Under the pieces are notes generated by a model. The model searched no databases. It had not been told where the DNA came from and saw nothing but the letters and a program-made list of their open reading frames with translations. A program made the translations under genes and the position numbers. DNA of 64,000 nucleotides from an uncultured SAR86 cluster bacterium (GTDB lineage: Bacteria > Pseudomonadota > Gammaproteobacteria > Magnimaribacterales > D2472), in contig CACBQK010000003.1 of assembly GCA_902541365.1 (NCBI GenBank), forward strand, positions 6,698 through 70,697. Reading direction: 5' to 3'. Shown here piece after piece: positions 1 to 15,595 of this stretch; within the stretch, counting starts at the first letter, position 1, and the number at the start of each line of letters is the position of its first letter.

Positions 1-1
1 C

Positions 2-484
2 GAGCAAAGGAAGCTTTTAGAAAAACAAATCATGCTGCAGGTACTTGATGTCCACTGGAAAGAACATTTAGCAGAAATGGATCATCTTCGACAAAGTGTA
101 GGTCTGAGAGCATATGCTCAAAAAAATCCTAAAAATGAATACAAAAGAGAAGCTTTTAATATGTTTGAGAACATGCTGGATGAAATAAATTCAGAAACTG
201 TAAGAATCTTATTCAATATTCAAATTGCTACTAAAGAAGAAATAGAAAAAATTGAAAAAGATAATCTTAAAAATGCTGAAAAAAATCTGGAGCTGAAAAA
301 GAATGAAGATCCATCTCAGATTGCTCAAAGTCCTGAAAAACATCATAAAACTGAACAAGTCATAGCATCAGAAAAGATTGGAAGGAATGAGCTTGTAAAA
401 ATAACTAATGGTGAAGAAACTAAAGAGATGAAGTATAAAAAAGCTAAGTCATTAATCGAGACTGGTGGATGGAGAATAATTTAG
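2..484 (+). CDS. secA: Preprotein translocase SecA, C-terminal part (5' truncated by window)
   Basis: Conserved LDVHWKEHLAEMDHLRQSVGLRAYAQKNPKNEYKREAF; frame is open from position 2; ends in a KIGRNE motif lacking cysteines. Confidence 0.97.
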   Translation, partial: EQRKLLEKQIMLQVLDVHWKEHLAEMDHLRQSVGLRAYAQKNPKNEYKREAFNMFENMLDEINSETVRILFNIQIATKEEIEKIEKDNLKNAEKNLELKKNEDPSQIAQSPEKHHKTEQVIASEKIGRNELVKITNGEETKEMKYKKAKSLIETGGWRII

Positions 485-1092
485 GAAGAGAACATAGCAG
501 CATTGCTATAACACCTGACCTCTCCCATGAAAATATAAGTTCATATATAAATAATCTTGAATTAATAAGAAGGAATTCTCATAAAGTTGATTTTCTTATA
601 ATCCGAAATAAATCCTTGGATAGAGACGGGTATCAAAAATTAGCTGAAAGAATAATGGAATCATTGAATGGGAAAATGCCATGCATTCTTCATTTTGATA
701 ATTTAGATTCTTTTATGGGGATGAGTGATTTAATTAATGAAAGTTATGGCGTGCATTTTACAAGTTCTCTTTTGAAAGAATTAAAAAAGGATGATCTTAA
801 GCATTTTGAAAAAAAGAAGCTACTTGGTGGCTCTTGTCATAATGAAAAAGAGATATCTTTGGCTAGCAATTTAGGTTTAAATTATTGTATTTTGGGTCCT
901 ATCAAAGACAAGCTCATAGACAAAAAGATTATTACGAAAGGAATAGGTTGGGATAAATTTTCAGATATGGCTAAAAAATCTTTGATAAAAATCTATGCTA
1001 TTGGAGGTTTAAGCAATGATGATTTAGAGATTGCTTCCAAACACTATGCATGTGGAATAGCAGGAATCTCAATGTTTAATCAATCCTCATAG
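469..1092 (+). CDS. Thiamine phosphate synthase (ThiE/TenI)-like protein
   Basis: GVHF, GGSCHN, LGPI, IYAIGGL and GIAGIS motifs of the ThiE-like barrel; sits where a Nudix-ThiE fusion usually follows secA. Confidence 0.75.
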   Translation: MENNLGREHSSIAITPDLSHENISSYINNLELIRRNSHKVDFLIIRNKSLDRDGYQKLAERIMESLNGKMPCILHFDNLDSFMGMSDLINESYGVHFTSSLLKELKKDDLKHFEKKKLLGGSCHNEKEISLASNLGLNYCILGPIKDKLIDKKIITKGIGWDKFSDMAKKSLIKIYAIGGLSNDDLEIASKHYACGIAGISMFNQSS

Positions 1093-1244
1093 AAATCTTC
1101 TGACTGGATAGGTCTAGAGATCTTTTTTTCTTCATTAGCCCACTCACCCAAGTCAATGAGCTTACATTTCTTTGAGCAAAAAGGCCTATATTCATTGGAG
1201 CTGTCAATGCTCACTTTTTTTTCACAATTTGGACAGTTAATCAT
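1080..1244 (-). CDS. yacG: DNA gyrase inhibitor YacG (54 aa, not in the ORF track)
   Basis: Manual translation [54 protein letters not shown]; CPxC...RPFCSxxCxLIDLGEW signature; directly downstream of coaE. Confidence 0.95.
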   Translation of the reverse strand: MINCPNCEKKVSIDSSNEYRPFCSKKCKLIDLGEWANEEKKISRPIQSEDFYED

Positions 1245-1833
1245 TGTTTGCAAGAATTAAGTATTTTTTATGAATATCTTCTAGATTCATTAAAAATTCA
1301 TCTTTAGTATCATTATTTTCAACTACATCATTAGCGATCTTATTCCTATCCTCAGATGAAGCCTGCGACTGAATTATTTTTAAGATCTGCTCTTCATTGG
1401 AGTTATCTCTTTTAGAGGCTCTTTCTATTTGGATTTCTTTTTTGCAATCTATTACCAAAACCCGATCATAAAATGAAGAACTGTTTGTTTCTGCTATAAG
1501 TGGAACAATAATAATCCTATATATACTATTTGAATTATTGATAAAGTTTAATATGCCATTTTGCACAATCGGATGAACTATTTCCTCCAACTTATTTTTC
1601 ATTTCTGGATTTTGAAAAATATACTTTCTAAGAGCTTTTCTATCTATTTCAGAGTTTTCATCTAGAAAAGTTTCTCCGAAAATATCTAAAAACTTTTTGT
1701 ATCCCTCTCCTTCTCTATCTAAGGCATTGTGGGCAAGATCATCAGCATCAATTACATCAATCTTTTTACTTTTGAAAAAATCTCCAGCTAAGCTTTTGCC
1801 TGATCCAATTCCACCTGTTAAACCAATAAGCAT
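1237..1833 (-). CDS. coaE: Dephospho-CoA kinase
   Basis: [13 protein letters not shown]-loop, IDAD, IDRKALR, LEEIVHP. Confidence 0.96.
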   Translation of the reverse strand: MLIGLTGGIGSGKSLAGDFFKSKKIDVIDADDLAHNALDREGEGYKKFLDIFGETFLDENSEIDRKALRKYIFQNPEMKNKLEEIVHPIVQNGILNFINNSNSIYRIIIVPLIAETNSSSFYDRVLVIDCKKEIQIERASKRDNSNEEQILKIIQSQASSEDRNKIANDVVENNDTKDEFLMNLEDIHKKYLILANND

Positions 1834-1835
1834 CT

Positions 1836-2312
1836 CTAAATATCCAAGTACTCTCCCTTCCCATAAAGAAGAGGTTTAGTATTACTATTTTTTATCACTT
1901 CAACTACATCCCCAAAAAAAACACTATGAGATCCGTGACTGGTAATTTCTTTTATGGTGCATGAAATAACAGATTGTGAATTTTTTATGAAGCCTATATT
2001 GTTCTTAAAATCCCAAAAATCATTATCAAATCTCTTATCAGAAAGTTCGTCTGTTCCGCAAAGATTTGATATTTGGGTTTGCGAAGAAGACAAAAAGCTA
2101 ATATTGAAATTGGAATCTTTTTTTAAAGATGAATGAATGCTTGAGTCTTTATTTATGCAAACAAGAATAGAAGGTGGTTCAAACGATAATGATGTAACGG
2201 ATGAAACTGTAATAGCATGATTTTCTTTTGTTTCATCATTATATGTAGACACGACACATACAGGATAAACAAGCTCTCTCAAAGCTAGTCTGAACTCTTC
2301 TTTAATATTCAT
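1836..2312 (-). CDS. Flavin reductase-like protein
   Basis: FRxAL...VCVVS, TVSSVTSLSFEPPSILVCIN, GSHSVFFGDV, PLLY motifs. Confidence 0.9.
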   Translation of the reverse strand: MNIKEEFRLALRELVYPVCVVSTYNDETKENHAITVSSVTSLSFEPPSILVCINKDSSIHSSLKKDSNFNISFLSSSQTQISNLCGTDELSDKRFDNDFWDFKNNIGFIKNSQSVISCTIKEITSHGSHSVFFGDVVEVIKNSNTKPLLYGKGEYLDI

Positions 2313-2355
2313 AGTTAGATTATGTGTACTTTTAATAATAAATCTAGCCTAAAAC

Positions 2356-2386
2356 AAAAAAAGCTCTCAATTTCTTGAGAGCTTTT
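2356..2386 (-). terminator. Intrinsic terminator of the rRNA operon
   Basis: Inverted repeat aaagctctcaa-tttc-ttgagagcttt followed by a T run on the minus strand, just 3' of 5S. Confidence 0.85.
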
Positions 2387-2395
2387 AAATCAAAA

Positions 2396-2513
2396 GCCTG
2401 ACGATGTCCTACTCTCACACAGGGAAGCCCTGCACTACCATCGGCGCTAGTTCGTTTCACTTCTGAGTTCGAAATGGGATCAGGTGGGACCAAACTGCTA
2501 TTGTCATCAGGCA
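2396..2513 (-). rRNA. rrf: 5S rRNA
   Basis: Minus strand reads TGCCTGATGACAATAGC...CCACCTGATCCCATTTCGAACTCAGAAGTGAAA...GAGAGTAGGACATCGTCAGGC; ends approximate. Confidence 0.96.
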
Positions 2514-2588
2514 AACTGGTATGCAATTTTTAAATCACTTAAGTTTATGTATTAAGTTACTTCGCATGTAAATCCTTCTTAAGGTTAC

Positions 2589-5471
<2,883 letters not shown>

Positions 5472-5655
5472 ATAACCTTAAAAAGGTTATAGGTTTTTGA
5501 GAGTAACTTAATAAAATATATTAATTACTTTTAATTACTTGCAGTGATCTATGTGTAAAAAAAACTTTTACACAAGAAAATTACATACCAAAGATCATAC
5601 ATATCATGTTCTTTAAATTTGGTTACTCGTGTGGGCCTCAAATACAAAATTATTT

Positions 5656-7189
<1,534 letters not shown>

Positions 7190-7253
7190 TGATCAATGTG
7201 TCACGTTTAAAAACTGTGACAAAGTTTTTTATAATTTTCTCGTATTTTGAACA

Positions 7254-7302
7254 CCCACACGAGTAACCAAATATGTTTAAAGAACAGCCGGCTCGCAGCC
7301 GG
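7254..7302 (-). promoter_or_regulatory. rrn leader antitermination elements (boxB, boxA, boxC)
   Basis: Minus strand: CCGGC-TGCGA-GCCGG hairpin, then TGTTCTTTAAACA (boxA), then GTGTGGG (boxC). Confidence 0.8.
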
Positions 7303-7309
7303 AAGGTGA

Positions 7310-7339
7310 ATTCTACACGTTATTTAAGATAAAAGGAAA
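7310..7339 (-). promoter_or_regulatory. Putative rRNA promoter
   Basis: Minus-strand TAGAAT -10 at 7310-7315 just upstream of boxB, weak -35 (TTTCCT) near 7334-7339. Confidence 0.55.
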
Positions 7340-7351
7340 CACTTTTTTCAG

Positions 7352-8704
<1,353 letters not shown>

Positions 8705-8708
<4 letters not shown>

Positions 8709-10441
8709 GTTTTTTCACCTTTACCTAGCCACATATCTTTTAAGCTTCCGTTAGGAGCAACAAGCATTGGATACACATGCTCATTTGGATCAACATATAT
8801 ATCAACAAAAACTAACTTATCTTTAATGGCTAATGCTTTAGCAATTCCTTCTTTGAGTTCAGAATTTTTAGTAATTTTAATACCAACATGCCCATAGGAT
8901 TCTGCTAGCCCAACAAAATCTGGTAATGAGTCCTCATAGCTAATGGATGAGTGTCTGCCATCATAGTTCATATCCTGCCATTGCTTAACCATGCCGAGGG
9001 CAAGATTATTTATATTAAATATTTTTATCGGTAGTTTATATTGTGAGCATGTTGAGAGTTCTTGTATACACATCTGAATACTTCCTTCTCCAGTAATGCA
9101 AATTACTTCTTCTTCAGGATAAGCCAGTTTAACTCCCATTGCTGACGGAAGACCAAAACCCATAGTCCCAAGACCACCAGAATTTATCCATTTTCTTGGT
9201 TCATCAAAGTGATAGTACTGAGCAGCAAACATTTGGTGCTGACCAACATCTGATGTAACAAATGCTTTGCCTTCGGATTCTTGATATATATGTTGCACAG
9301 CTGCCTGAGGTAAAATTGGATACTCATCTGAATCATTCTTGTAGAGTTCATGATTAAGACCATGCTTTTCTTTCCATTCTTTTATTTGCTGATGCCATGG
9401 AGAAAGCTTTTCTCTATTTATTTCATCCTTTCTCGAGCTTAAATAGTTATTAATAGCTTTCAATGAGTCCTTGACTTGCCCAAATACAGCAATATCTGCC
9501 TCAATTATCTTTGATACTGATGAATGATCTACATCAAAATGAATAACTTTTGCTTTTGGAGCAAACTTCTCTGGCGTGTTAGTAATTCGATCATCAAATC
9601 TAGCTCCCACAGCAATAATTAAGTCAGCATTATGCATTGCCATATTTGCTTGATAAGTTCCATGCATACCCAGCATGCCTAAAAATCTTTTTCCAGTTCC
9701 TGGATAGACTCCCAAACCCATCAAAGTATTTGTTACTGGAAAATCAAGCAATTCATTTAGCTCTCTTAATTCATCAGATGCGTTACTCGAGATTGTTCCA
9801 CCGCCAGCATAAATTACAGGCCTCTCAGCAGTTAGTATTGCATCGACAGCCCGAGAAACTTGATGATTTTCTGGTTTGACAGGAGGATTATAGGATCTGA
9901 TGTTAGCTTTTTCAGGATAGTTAAAATCAAATAATTCATCAGGATTTGTTAAATCTTTTGGCACATCAATAACTACAGGGCCTTGTCTTCCGGAAGTTGC
10001 TACGTGAAAAGCTTCCTTAACAATTTGTGCAATATTTTCTTGTTTATCTACTGTAAAGCTATGTTTTACTATAGGTCTTGATACTCCTATCATGTCTGTC
10101 TCTTGAAAAGCATCAGTTCCAATTAAATGACTTTGCACTTGACCAGATATAACAACCATAGGAATTGAATCCATAAAGGCTGTTGCAATCCCAGTTATTG
10201 CATTTGTAGCTCCTGGTCCAGAGGTAACCAAAACAACACCGGGCTTGCCAGTAGCTCTTGCGTAACCATCAGCAGCATGTGTTGCACCTTGCTCATGCCT
10301 TACCAAAATATGTTGCATATCTTTTTGATTAAAGATTGCATCATAGATATGAAGAGCAGCACCCCCAGGGTAACCAAAGATATATTCCACTCCCTCATTT
10401 ATCAGGGACTGAATTAATATGTCGTTTCCTGCGATTTTCAT
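8705..10441 (-). CDS. ilvI: Acetolactate synthase large subunit
   Basis: FGYPGGA, RHEQGATHAADGYAR, TSGPGATN, DVGQHQM, SGGLGTMGFG, LGMVKQWQ. Confidence 0.96.
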
Positions 10442-10508
10442 AATAAAAAACTTTTAGGTTGAGGTTTATACATTAAAATCGCTTGTAAAAACAAGCTTTT
10501 TAGAATAT

Positions 10509-11450
10509 TTAAGAAATATTAAATTTTTCCAAAGTTGTTATCAATTCTTTAAAATCTTTTGGAATCTCGCTCTCAAATTCAAGGTAATCTTCACTATATG
10601 GCAATTTAAATCCTATTTTATGTGCATGAAGAGCTTGTCTTGGAAAAGATCTTATAAAATCTTTAAGCTCATCTGGCGTATCTTTGGCAATAATTTTTCT
10701 TGTATTGTAGGTCTTATCTCCTATTATAGGGAGCTTCTTGTGGGCTAAATGAGTTCTTATTTGATGAGTTCTGCCAGTTTCTATCTCAACATCAAGCAGC
10801 GAGTAACCTCCATAACTATCAATACTCTTTACATGGGTGATAGCTTCTTTTCCATCTTCTCTGCATGTCATTTTGGTTCTGTTATTTTTATCCCTGCCAA
10901 TAGGTATATCTATTTCAAGATTACCTCTAAGTGTTCCAATCACCAGAGCCCTATAGTTTTTCTTCACTCTTCTAGATTGAAGAAGATCTATAAAATAAAG
11001 TCTGAATTTTTCATTCTTGGCCACAACCAATAATCCAGATGTATCTTTATCTAGACGATGCACTATTCCAGCTCTTGGAAGTTCTTCAAGTTTGGGAAAC
11101 TTGAAAAGCAAACCATTGGCTAATGTTCCACTAGAAATGCCAGCTCCAGGATGAATTACTAGATTTATAGGTTTATCAACAATCAAGAAATCATTTGTCT
11201 CATGCAACACGCTAAAATCGATATTCTCAGGACACCATTCTGTTGAAACTTCATTTACTGGATTTACTTCAATTTCATCATCGAGACTTACCTTTTCTCT
11301 TGGAGAAGCAATTTCTCCATTTAAGAGAATATTTCCACTTAAAATCCACTCTTTTAATTTAGTTCTTGAAAACTCTTCGAATAAAATTGATGTTGCTTTA
11401 TCAAGTCTCAAATTTATTAAATCCTTTGAAACTTTTTTTGTTGTTGACAT
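10509..11450 (-). CDS. rluD: 23S rRNA pseudouridine synthase RluD
   Basis: N-terminal S4 domain, GIVHRLDKDTSG, ETGRTHQIR, RQALHA; divergent from bamD as usual. Confidence 0.95.
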   Translation of the reverse strand: MSTTKKVSKDLINLRLDKATSILFEEFSRTKLKEWILSGNILLNGEIASPREKVSLDDEIEVNPVNEVSTEWCPENIDFSVLHETNDFLIVDKPINLVIHPGAGISSGTLANGLLFKFPKLEELPRAGIVHRLDKDTSGLLVVAKNEKFRLYFIDLLQSRRVKKNYRALVIGTLRGNLEIDIPIGRDKNNRTKMTCREDGKEAITHVKSIDSYGGYSLLDVEIETGRTHQIRTHLAHKKLPIIGDKTYNTRKIIAKDTPDELKDFIRSFPRQALHAHKIGFKLPYSEDYLEFESEIPKDFKELITTLEKFNIS

Positions 11451-11501
11451 AATGAACTTTTTTTAAGATTTATAATCAAATATTAGAGTAAAATAACACC
11501 C

Positions 11502-12347
11502 ATGAATAGAAATCCTAAAAATATTTTATTTCTCTCGATTGCGTTAACATGTGCATTAAGCATTACATCTTGCAGTAAGGATCAAGCAGAGATTGAAAGA
11601 CCAGAAAAAGTATATTACGACCAAGCACAAAGAAGAATAAAAGTTAATAATTATTTTGGTGCAATCGAATCTTTGCAGAGAATAGAAACTCAATATCCGT
11701 TTGGTAAGTATGCTGAGCAAGCCCAAGTTGAATTAGTTTATTGTTATTTTATGAATGGAGAAACCGAAGCTGCTCACTCCGCAGCTGAGAGGTTTATTAG
11801 GCTTCATCCAAGACATCCAAACATAGATTATGCATATTTTATGAAGGGTTTATCGAGTTATACCAGAGATGCTGGTCTTCTAGCTAGAGTAACAAATACT
11901 GATCTTTCATCGCGAGATGTATCGGGAGCAAAATTAGCATTTTCTGAATTAACAGAATTTCTGACAAGATTCCCAGATAGCCAATACTCTCCATATGCCA
12001 AAAAAAGACTCATTTATTTAAGAAATCTTGTTGCAAGTAATGAGCTTGCAGCTGCAGATTACTACATTACTAGGAAAGCATACGTAGCGGCTATAAGACG
12101 TGCATCTTATGTTTTAGAAAATATCCCTAATTCAAATCAAAATCATAGAGCTCTTCAACTTTTAAAAACATCTTATGAAGAGCTTGGATATACTGATCTA
12201 GCAAAAGATACTGAAAAATTGATAGCTTTAAATCCTCCTCCTCCAAATTCGGAGGTATCAGATGGATCCTTCCTGCAAAATATTCCGTTGCCAAACTCTT
12301 TACCACTTATCATAGGTGGAACTATTCTTTCAGGTGCAATAAATTAA
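11502..12347 (+). CDS. bamD: Outer-membrane protein assembly factor BamD (lipoprotein)
   Basis: Lipobox ITSC, YPFGKYAEQAQ, FIRLHPRHPNIDYAY, FPDSQY. Confidence 0.95.
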   Translation: MNRNPKNILFLSIALTCALSITSCSKDQAEIERPEKVYYDQAQRRIKVNNYFGAIESLQRIETQYPFGKYAEQAQVELVYCYFMNGETEAAHSAAERFIRLHPRHPNIDYAYFMKGLSSYTRDAGLLARVTNTDLSSRDVSGAKLAFSELTEFLTRFPDSQYSPYAKKRLIYLRNLVASNELAAADYYITRKAYVAAIRRASYVLENIPNSNQNHRALQLLKTSYEELGYTDLAKDTEKLIALNPPPPNSEVSDGSFLQNIPLPNSLPLIIGGTILSGAIN

Positions 12348-12536
12348 TTGAAGTTACTTGCTCCTTTGCTTGTAATAACTTTTTTTTTAATAAGATATCT
12401 TTTTAAATTAAATAAAGATGATCGCATGCCCAGAAACGAAATGGATTTATGTATCAACTGTGGAACTTTTGTTTCAAAAGATTTAGCAATTAAAAAAGGT
12501 AAAAATATTTACTGCTCTGAAAAATGTATTAGGTAG
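12348..12536 (+). CDS. Small membrane-anchored zinc-ribbon protein (PP0621-like)
   Basis: N-terminal hydrophobic helix, CxxCG...YCSxxC; position after bamD matches what I recall for Pseudomonas; TTG start. Confidence 0.7.
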   Translation: MKLLAPLLVITFFLIRYLFKLNKDDRMPRNEMDLCINCGTFVSKDLAIKKGKNIYCSEKCIR

Positions 12537-15500
12537 TACTCGGTATTTTTCTTAAAATCATAAACATTGTAGGAATATAAAATAAGGCTATGAGAGATGC
12601 TCCTATAACTCCAACAGACATTGCCCATGCTAATGGTTGGAAGAAAATACTTGTTAGAATCAGAGGAAATAATCCTCCAATTGTCGTAGCTGTTGTTGTA
12701 ACAATGTGCCTTGTGGCTCTGGTAACTGTCTGAATTACACCATTCAAATCGTAGTCATACTTTTTGGAATCTTCCTCAAGAGCTGCAAGCACAACAATAG
12801 AATCATTTATTGCAAGTCCAGCTAAACCTATGGCTCCAACTAATCCAATAAAACCAAAATTCTGCATTCCAACGACCAATCCTAATATTGCTAAACCCAG
12901 GCATAATACTGCAACGGAAGATATCAAAAGTGTCTGTCTAAATGAATTTAAAGCGAAAACCAGTCCAACAAGAATTAAAATAAAAAAAACAATTGCTGAA
13001 GCAAATAATTGTGCATTAGATTCCGCGCTTTCAGCAGCTTCTCCTGCTTGTTCAAGCTTATATCCTATAGGAAGGCTCTCTTTAAATTTGATAATATCTT
13101 CACGAAGAAATTCTTCGGATACAGATGGAAGAGATCTTGGCCATGTCCATGCAGAAACTCCATTCTCTCTTTCACCTTTATATCTAGAAAATGCACCAAG
13201 CTTTCTTGTAAGCTTAATATCAGAAAAATTTTCAATATATTCAGCTCTATTATTACTAGAAATTGATAAAAGAGATGCTTGAGATATATCTGAAGCAGCT
13301 TCTTGTTCTCTTTTTAGTCTAATAGGTAATTCTTTTTTACCATCAAGCATGGTTCCAATAATTGCTCCATTACTCGCAAAGCTTATCTCATTAATCAATG
13401 AATCCATGTCGCTAGATGAATATGCAATACTTGAATTATCAAAATCTATTTCAAGATTTGTTTCATATTCATTTGATTGAGAGCGAGTTAAATACACATC
13501 TGGTGCTCTACTTAATATAAGCTCTAACCTGTCTCCAAGTTCTGTCAAAATAAATTGATCCTCACCCATAATTCTATATTCAATATCTGCAAAAACTGGA
13601 GGGCCTGAGGAGAATTGATCAACTATAATTCTTACTTCAGGATTATTATTAACTAAATCTTTGGCAATCATGTCGATGTTATTTTCCATCGTCCAATAAC
13701 TAGAAGTAAAATAAACTGCGTTTGCTTCATTATTGCTTCCTAGCTCGCTATTTCCTCCAACAACATTTCCAAGGATTCTTGGAAGTTTTCTTCCAACAAA
13801 CCAAAAATCATTCTCAATAAAATCATATTTAGAGAGTTGCTCTCTAATATCTTTGACTTTCTCAATTGTTGCATTAACTGAACTATTGTTAGGTAACTCG
13901 ACTCTCACTTGAAACATATTCCTATCATTTGCTGGAAAAAAGTCCCTATCAAGAGTGCTAAATAACAATAAACCAAGTAATGGCATTGAAAAAGATACCA
14001 AAAAAGCTCTTCTTGGTTTTGATAAAGCCCAAAATAGAGCAGATCTGTAATACTCATAGAGCTTTTTACTAGAGAAGCCCTGATTAAAATAATCTGAAGA
14101 AAAAATTGGCATCTTCTCCAGATAATGAAGTGTTGGAAGAACAACAGTTAGGGAAAGAAAAAGTGACGATGTTACAGCCATAATTAGCGTTTTTGCCATG
14201 CCCCCAACATACTCATTACTAGGCCCCTCTCCAACTGCTATTGGCATAAAGGCTAATGCAGTTGTTGCTGTAGCTGCTAACAAAGGCATAAATAAATGTT
14301 TTACAGACTTAAAGATTGCCTGTTTTGAGCTAAGCCCATCAAGTCTTCTATATCTGTAGTCCTCAACAACAATGATTGCATTGTCTATCAAGAGACCTAA
14401 AGCAATTATCATACCAACTGTTGAGGTTTGATGAAGTGGCAGTCCTGTCATCTGACAAATAAATAAGACAGAGCACAGTGTTAAGGGAAGAATCAACGCT
14501 ACCAATACTGCTGACCTTAAACCCAATAAAAATGCACTTAGTGCAAGCACTAAAAAAAGCGCAAAACCAATACTCGAAGTTAACTCATCGAATCTTTTTT
14601 CAACATAAAAAGACTCTTCATATATTGATGAAACATAAATTTCTTCTGGAAGATCTTTTTTAAAGTTTTCCACAACTTTATTTGCTCTGGAAACATATTC
14701 ATCTATTCTTTGATTAAATGAACCTGTTACTTGAACAATAACTGAAGGATTTCCATCAACAATCGAAAAACTTTCTATTGGAGTAACAGCCTGTTGAGAA
14801 ATGCTTGCTATATCAGACAGCTTGACTAGCTGAGAATCATATTTTGCAATAGGTAAATCCTCAAGTTGAGAGATTGTTTTAAGGTTATCTTTAGGCTTTA
14901 TTAAAATTTCTTCATCTTTATTAGAAATTAAACCTACAGATCTTTTGTTATCAAATGAGGCGAGCGAATTTGATAAATTTTGTAATGAAATTCCAAGATT
15001 AGATAACTTTCTTGTATCTACCTCAACTAAAATTTCTTCATTAGCCTCACCATGAATCTCAACTTCTTCTGTTGATCCAAGGTATGCAAGTTTTCTTTTT
15101 AATTGCTCAGCCAATCTAGACATTAGTATTAAAGGAGCTTCGCCACTTCCTCTCCACTGAATAGAATAAAGAGCAGATATTGGTGGGCCAGAGTTTCGGC
15201 TAAGCTCAAGCCTAGCATTATCAGGGATCTCTTGTTCAGTAAGATCAATCTTATCTTGTACTTCACTCCAAACCTTTTCAACTAAATCAAATGAGACTTC
15301 ATCTTTAAGCTCTACAAGGGTTGTAGCAGATCCCTGCCTCAAATTTGAATTTAGATTTCTTATTTCTGGTATTTCTCTTAAGTTAATTTCAAGAATCTCT
15401 GTTATTTGAGTTTCTATTCGTTCTGGTGTCGCACCTGGATAGACTTGAATTATTACTCCCCATCTCTCTGCCAGCTCAGGCATTTCTTGTCTAGGAATGT

Positions 15501-15591
15501 TATTAAAGCCAGAATAACCAACTAAAAGAAAAAATATCAAGGTTAGAATAAGTATTCTAGGTCTCTCAAGGAAAACTTTAATTAGGCTCAT
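12529..15591 (-). CDS. RND efflux transporter permease (AcrB family)
   Basis: About 1020 aa, YPGATPERIE, GLLIDNAIIVVE, two TM bundles; the ATG at 15591 just after the MFP stop is preferred over the track start at 15636. Confidence 0.93.
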   Translation of the reverse strand: MSLIKVFLERPRILILTLIFFLLVGYSGFNNIPRQEMPELAERWGVIIQVYPGATPERIETQITEILEINLREIPEIRNLNSNLRQGSATTLVELKDEVSFDLVEKVWSEVQDKIDLTEQEIPDNARLELSRNSGPPISALYSIQWRGSGEAPLILMSRLAEQLKRKLAYLGSTEEVEIHGEANEEILVEVDTRKLSNLGISLQNLSNSLASFDNKRSVGLISNKDEEILIKPKDNLKTISQLEDLPIAKYDSQLVKLSDIASISQQAVTPIESFSIVDGNPSVIVQVTGSFNQRIDEYVSRANKVVENFKKDLPEEIYVSSIYEESFYVEKRFDELTSSIGFALFLVLALSAFLLGLRSAVLVALILPLTLCSVLFICQMTGLPLHQTSTVGMIIALGLLIDNAIIVVEDYRYRRLDGLSSKQAIFKSVKHLFMPLLAATATTALAFMPIAVGEGPSNEYVGGMAKTLIMAVTSSLFLSLTVVLPTLHYLEKMPIFSSDYFNQGFSSKKLYEYYRSALFWALSKPRRAFLVSFSMPLLGLLLFSTLDRDFFPANDRNMFQVRVELPNNSSVNATIEKVKDIREQLSKYDFIENDFWFVGRKLPRILGNVVGGNSELGSNNEANAVYFTSSYWTMENNIDMIAKDLVNNNPEVRIIVDQFSSGPPVFADIEYRIMGEDQFILTELGDRLELILSRAPDVYLTRSQSNEYETNLEIDFDNSSIAYSSSDMDSLINEISFASNGAIIGTMLDGKKELPIRLKREQEAASDISQASLLSISSNNRAEYIENFSDIKLTRKLGAFSRYKGERENGVSAWTWPRSLPSVSEEFLREDIIKFKESLPIGYKLEQAGEAAESAESNAQLFASAIVFFILILVGLVFALNSFRQTLLISSVAVLCLGLAILGLVVGMQNFGFIGLVGAIGLAGLAINDSIVVLAALEEDSKKYDYDLNGVIQTVTRATRHIVTTTATTIGGLFPLILTSIFFQPLAWAMSVGVIGASLIALFYIPTMFMILRKIPSTT

Positions 15592-15595
15592 ATTT

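Noticed and set aside
10442-10508. Possible ilv attenuator or leader peptide
   Set aside because: Only 67 bp, with no Ile/Leu/Val-rich mini-ORF and no terminator hairpin.
12764-14663. Antisense and alternate-frame ORFs over the RND gene (and similar ones over rho, hemB, ilvD, leuS, rodA, parC, rpoD)
   Set aside because: Shadow frames of well-supported genes, with no motifs or start signals.
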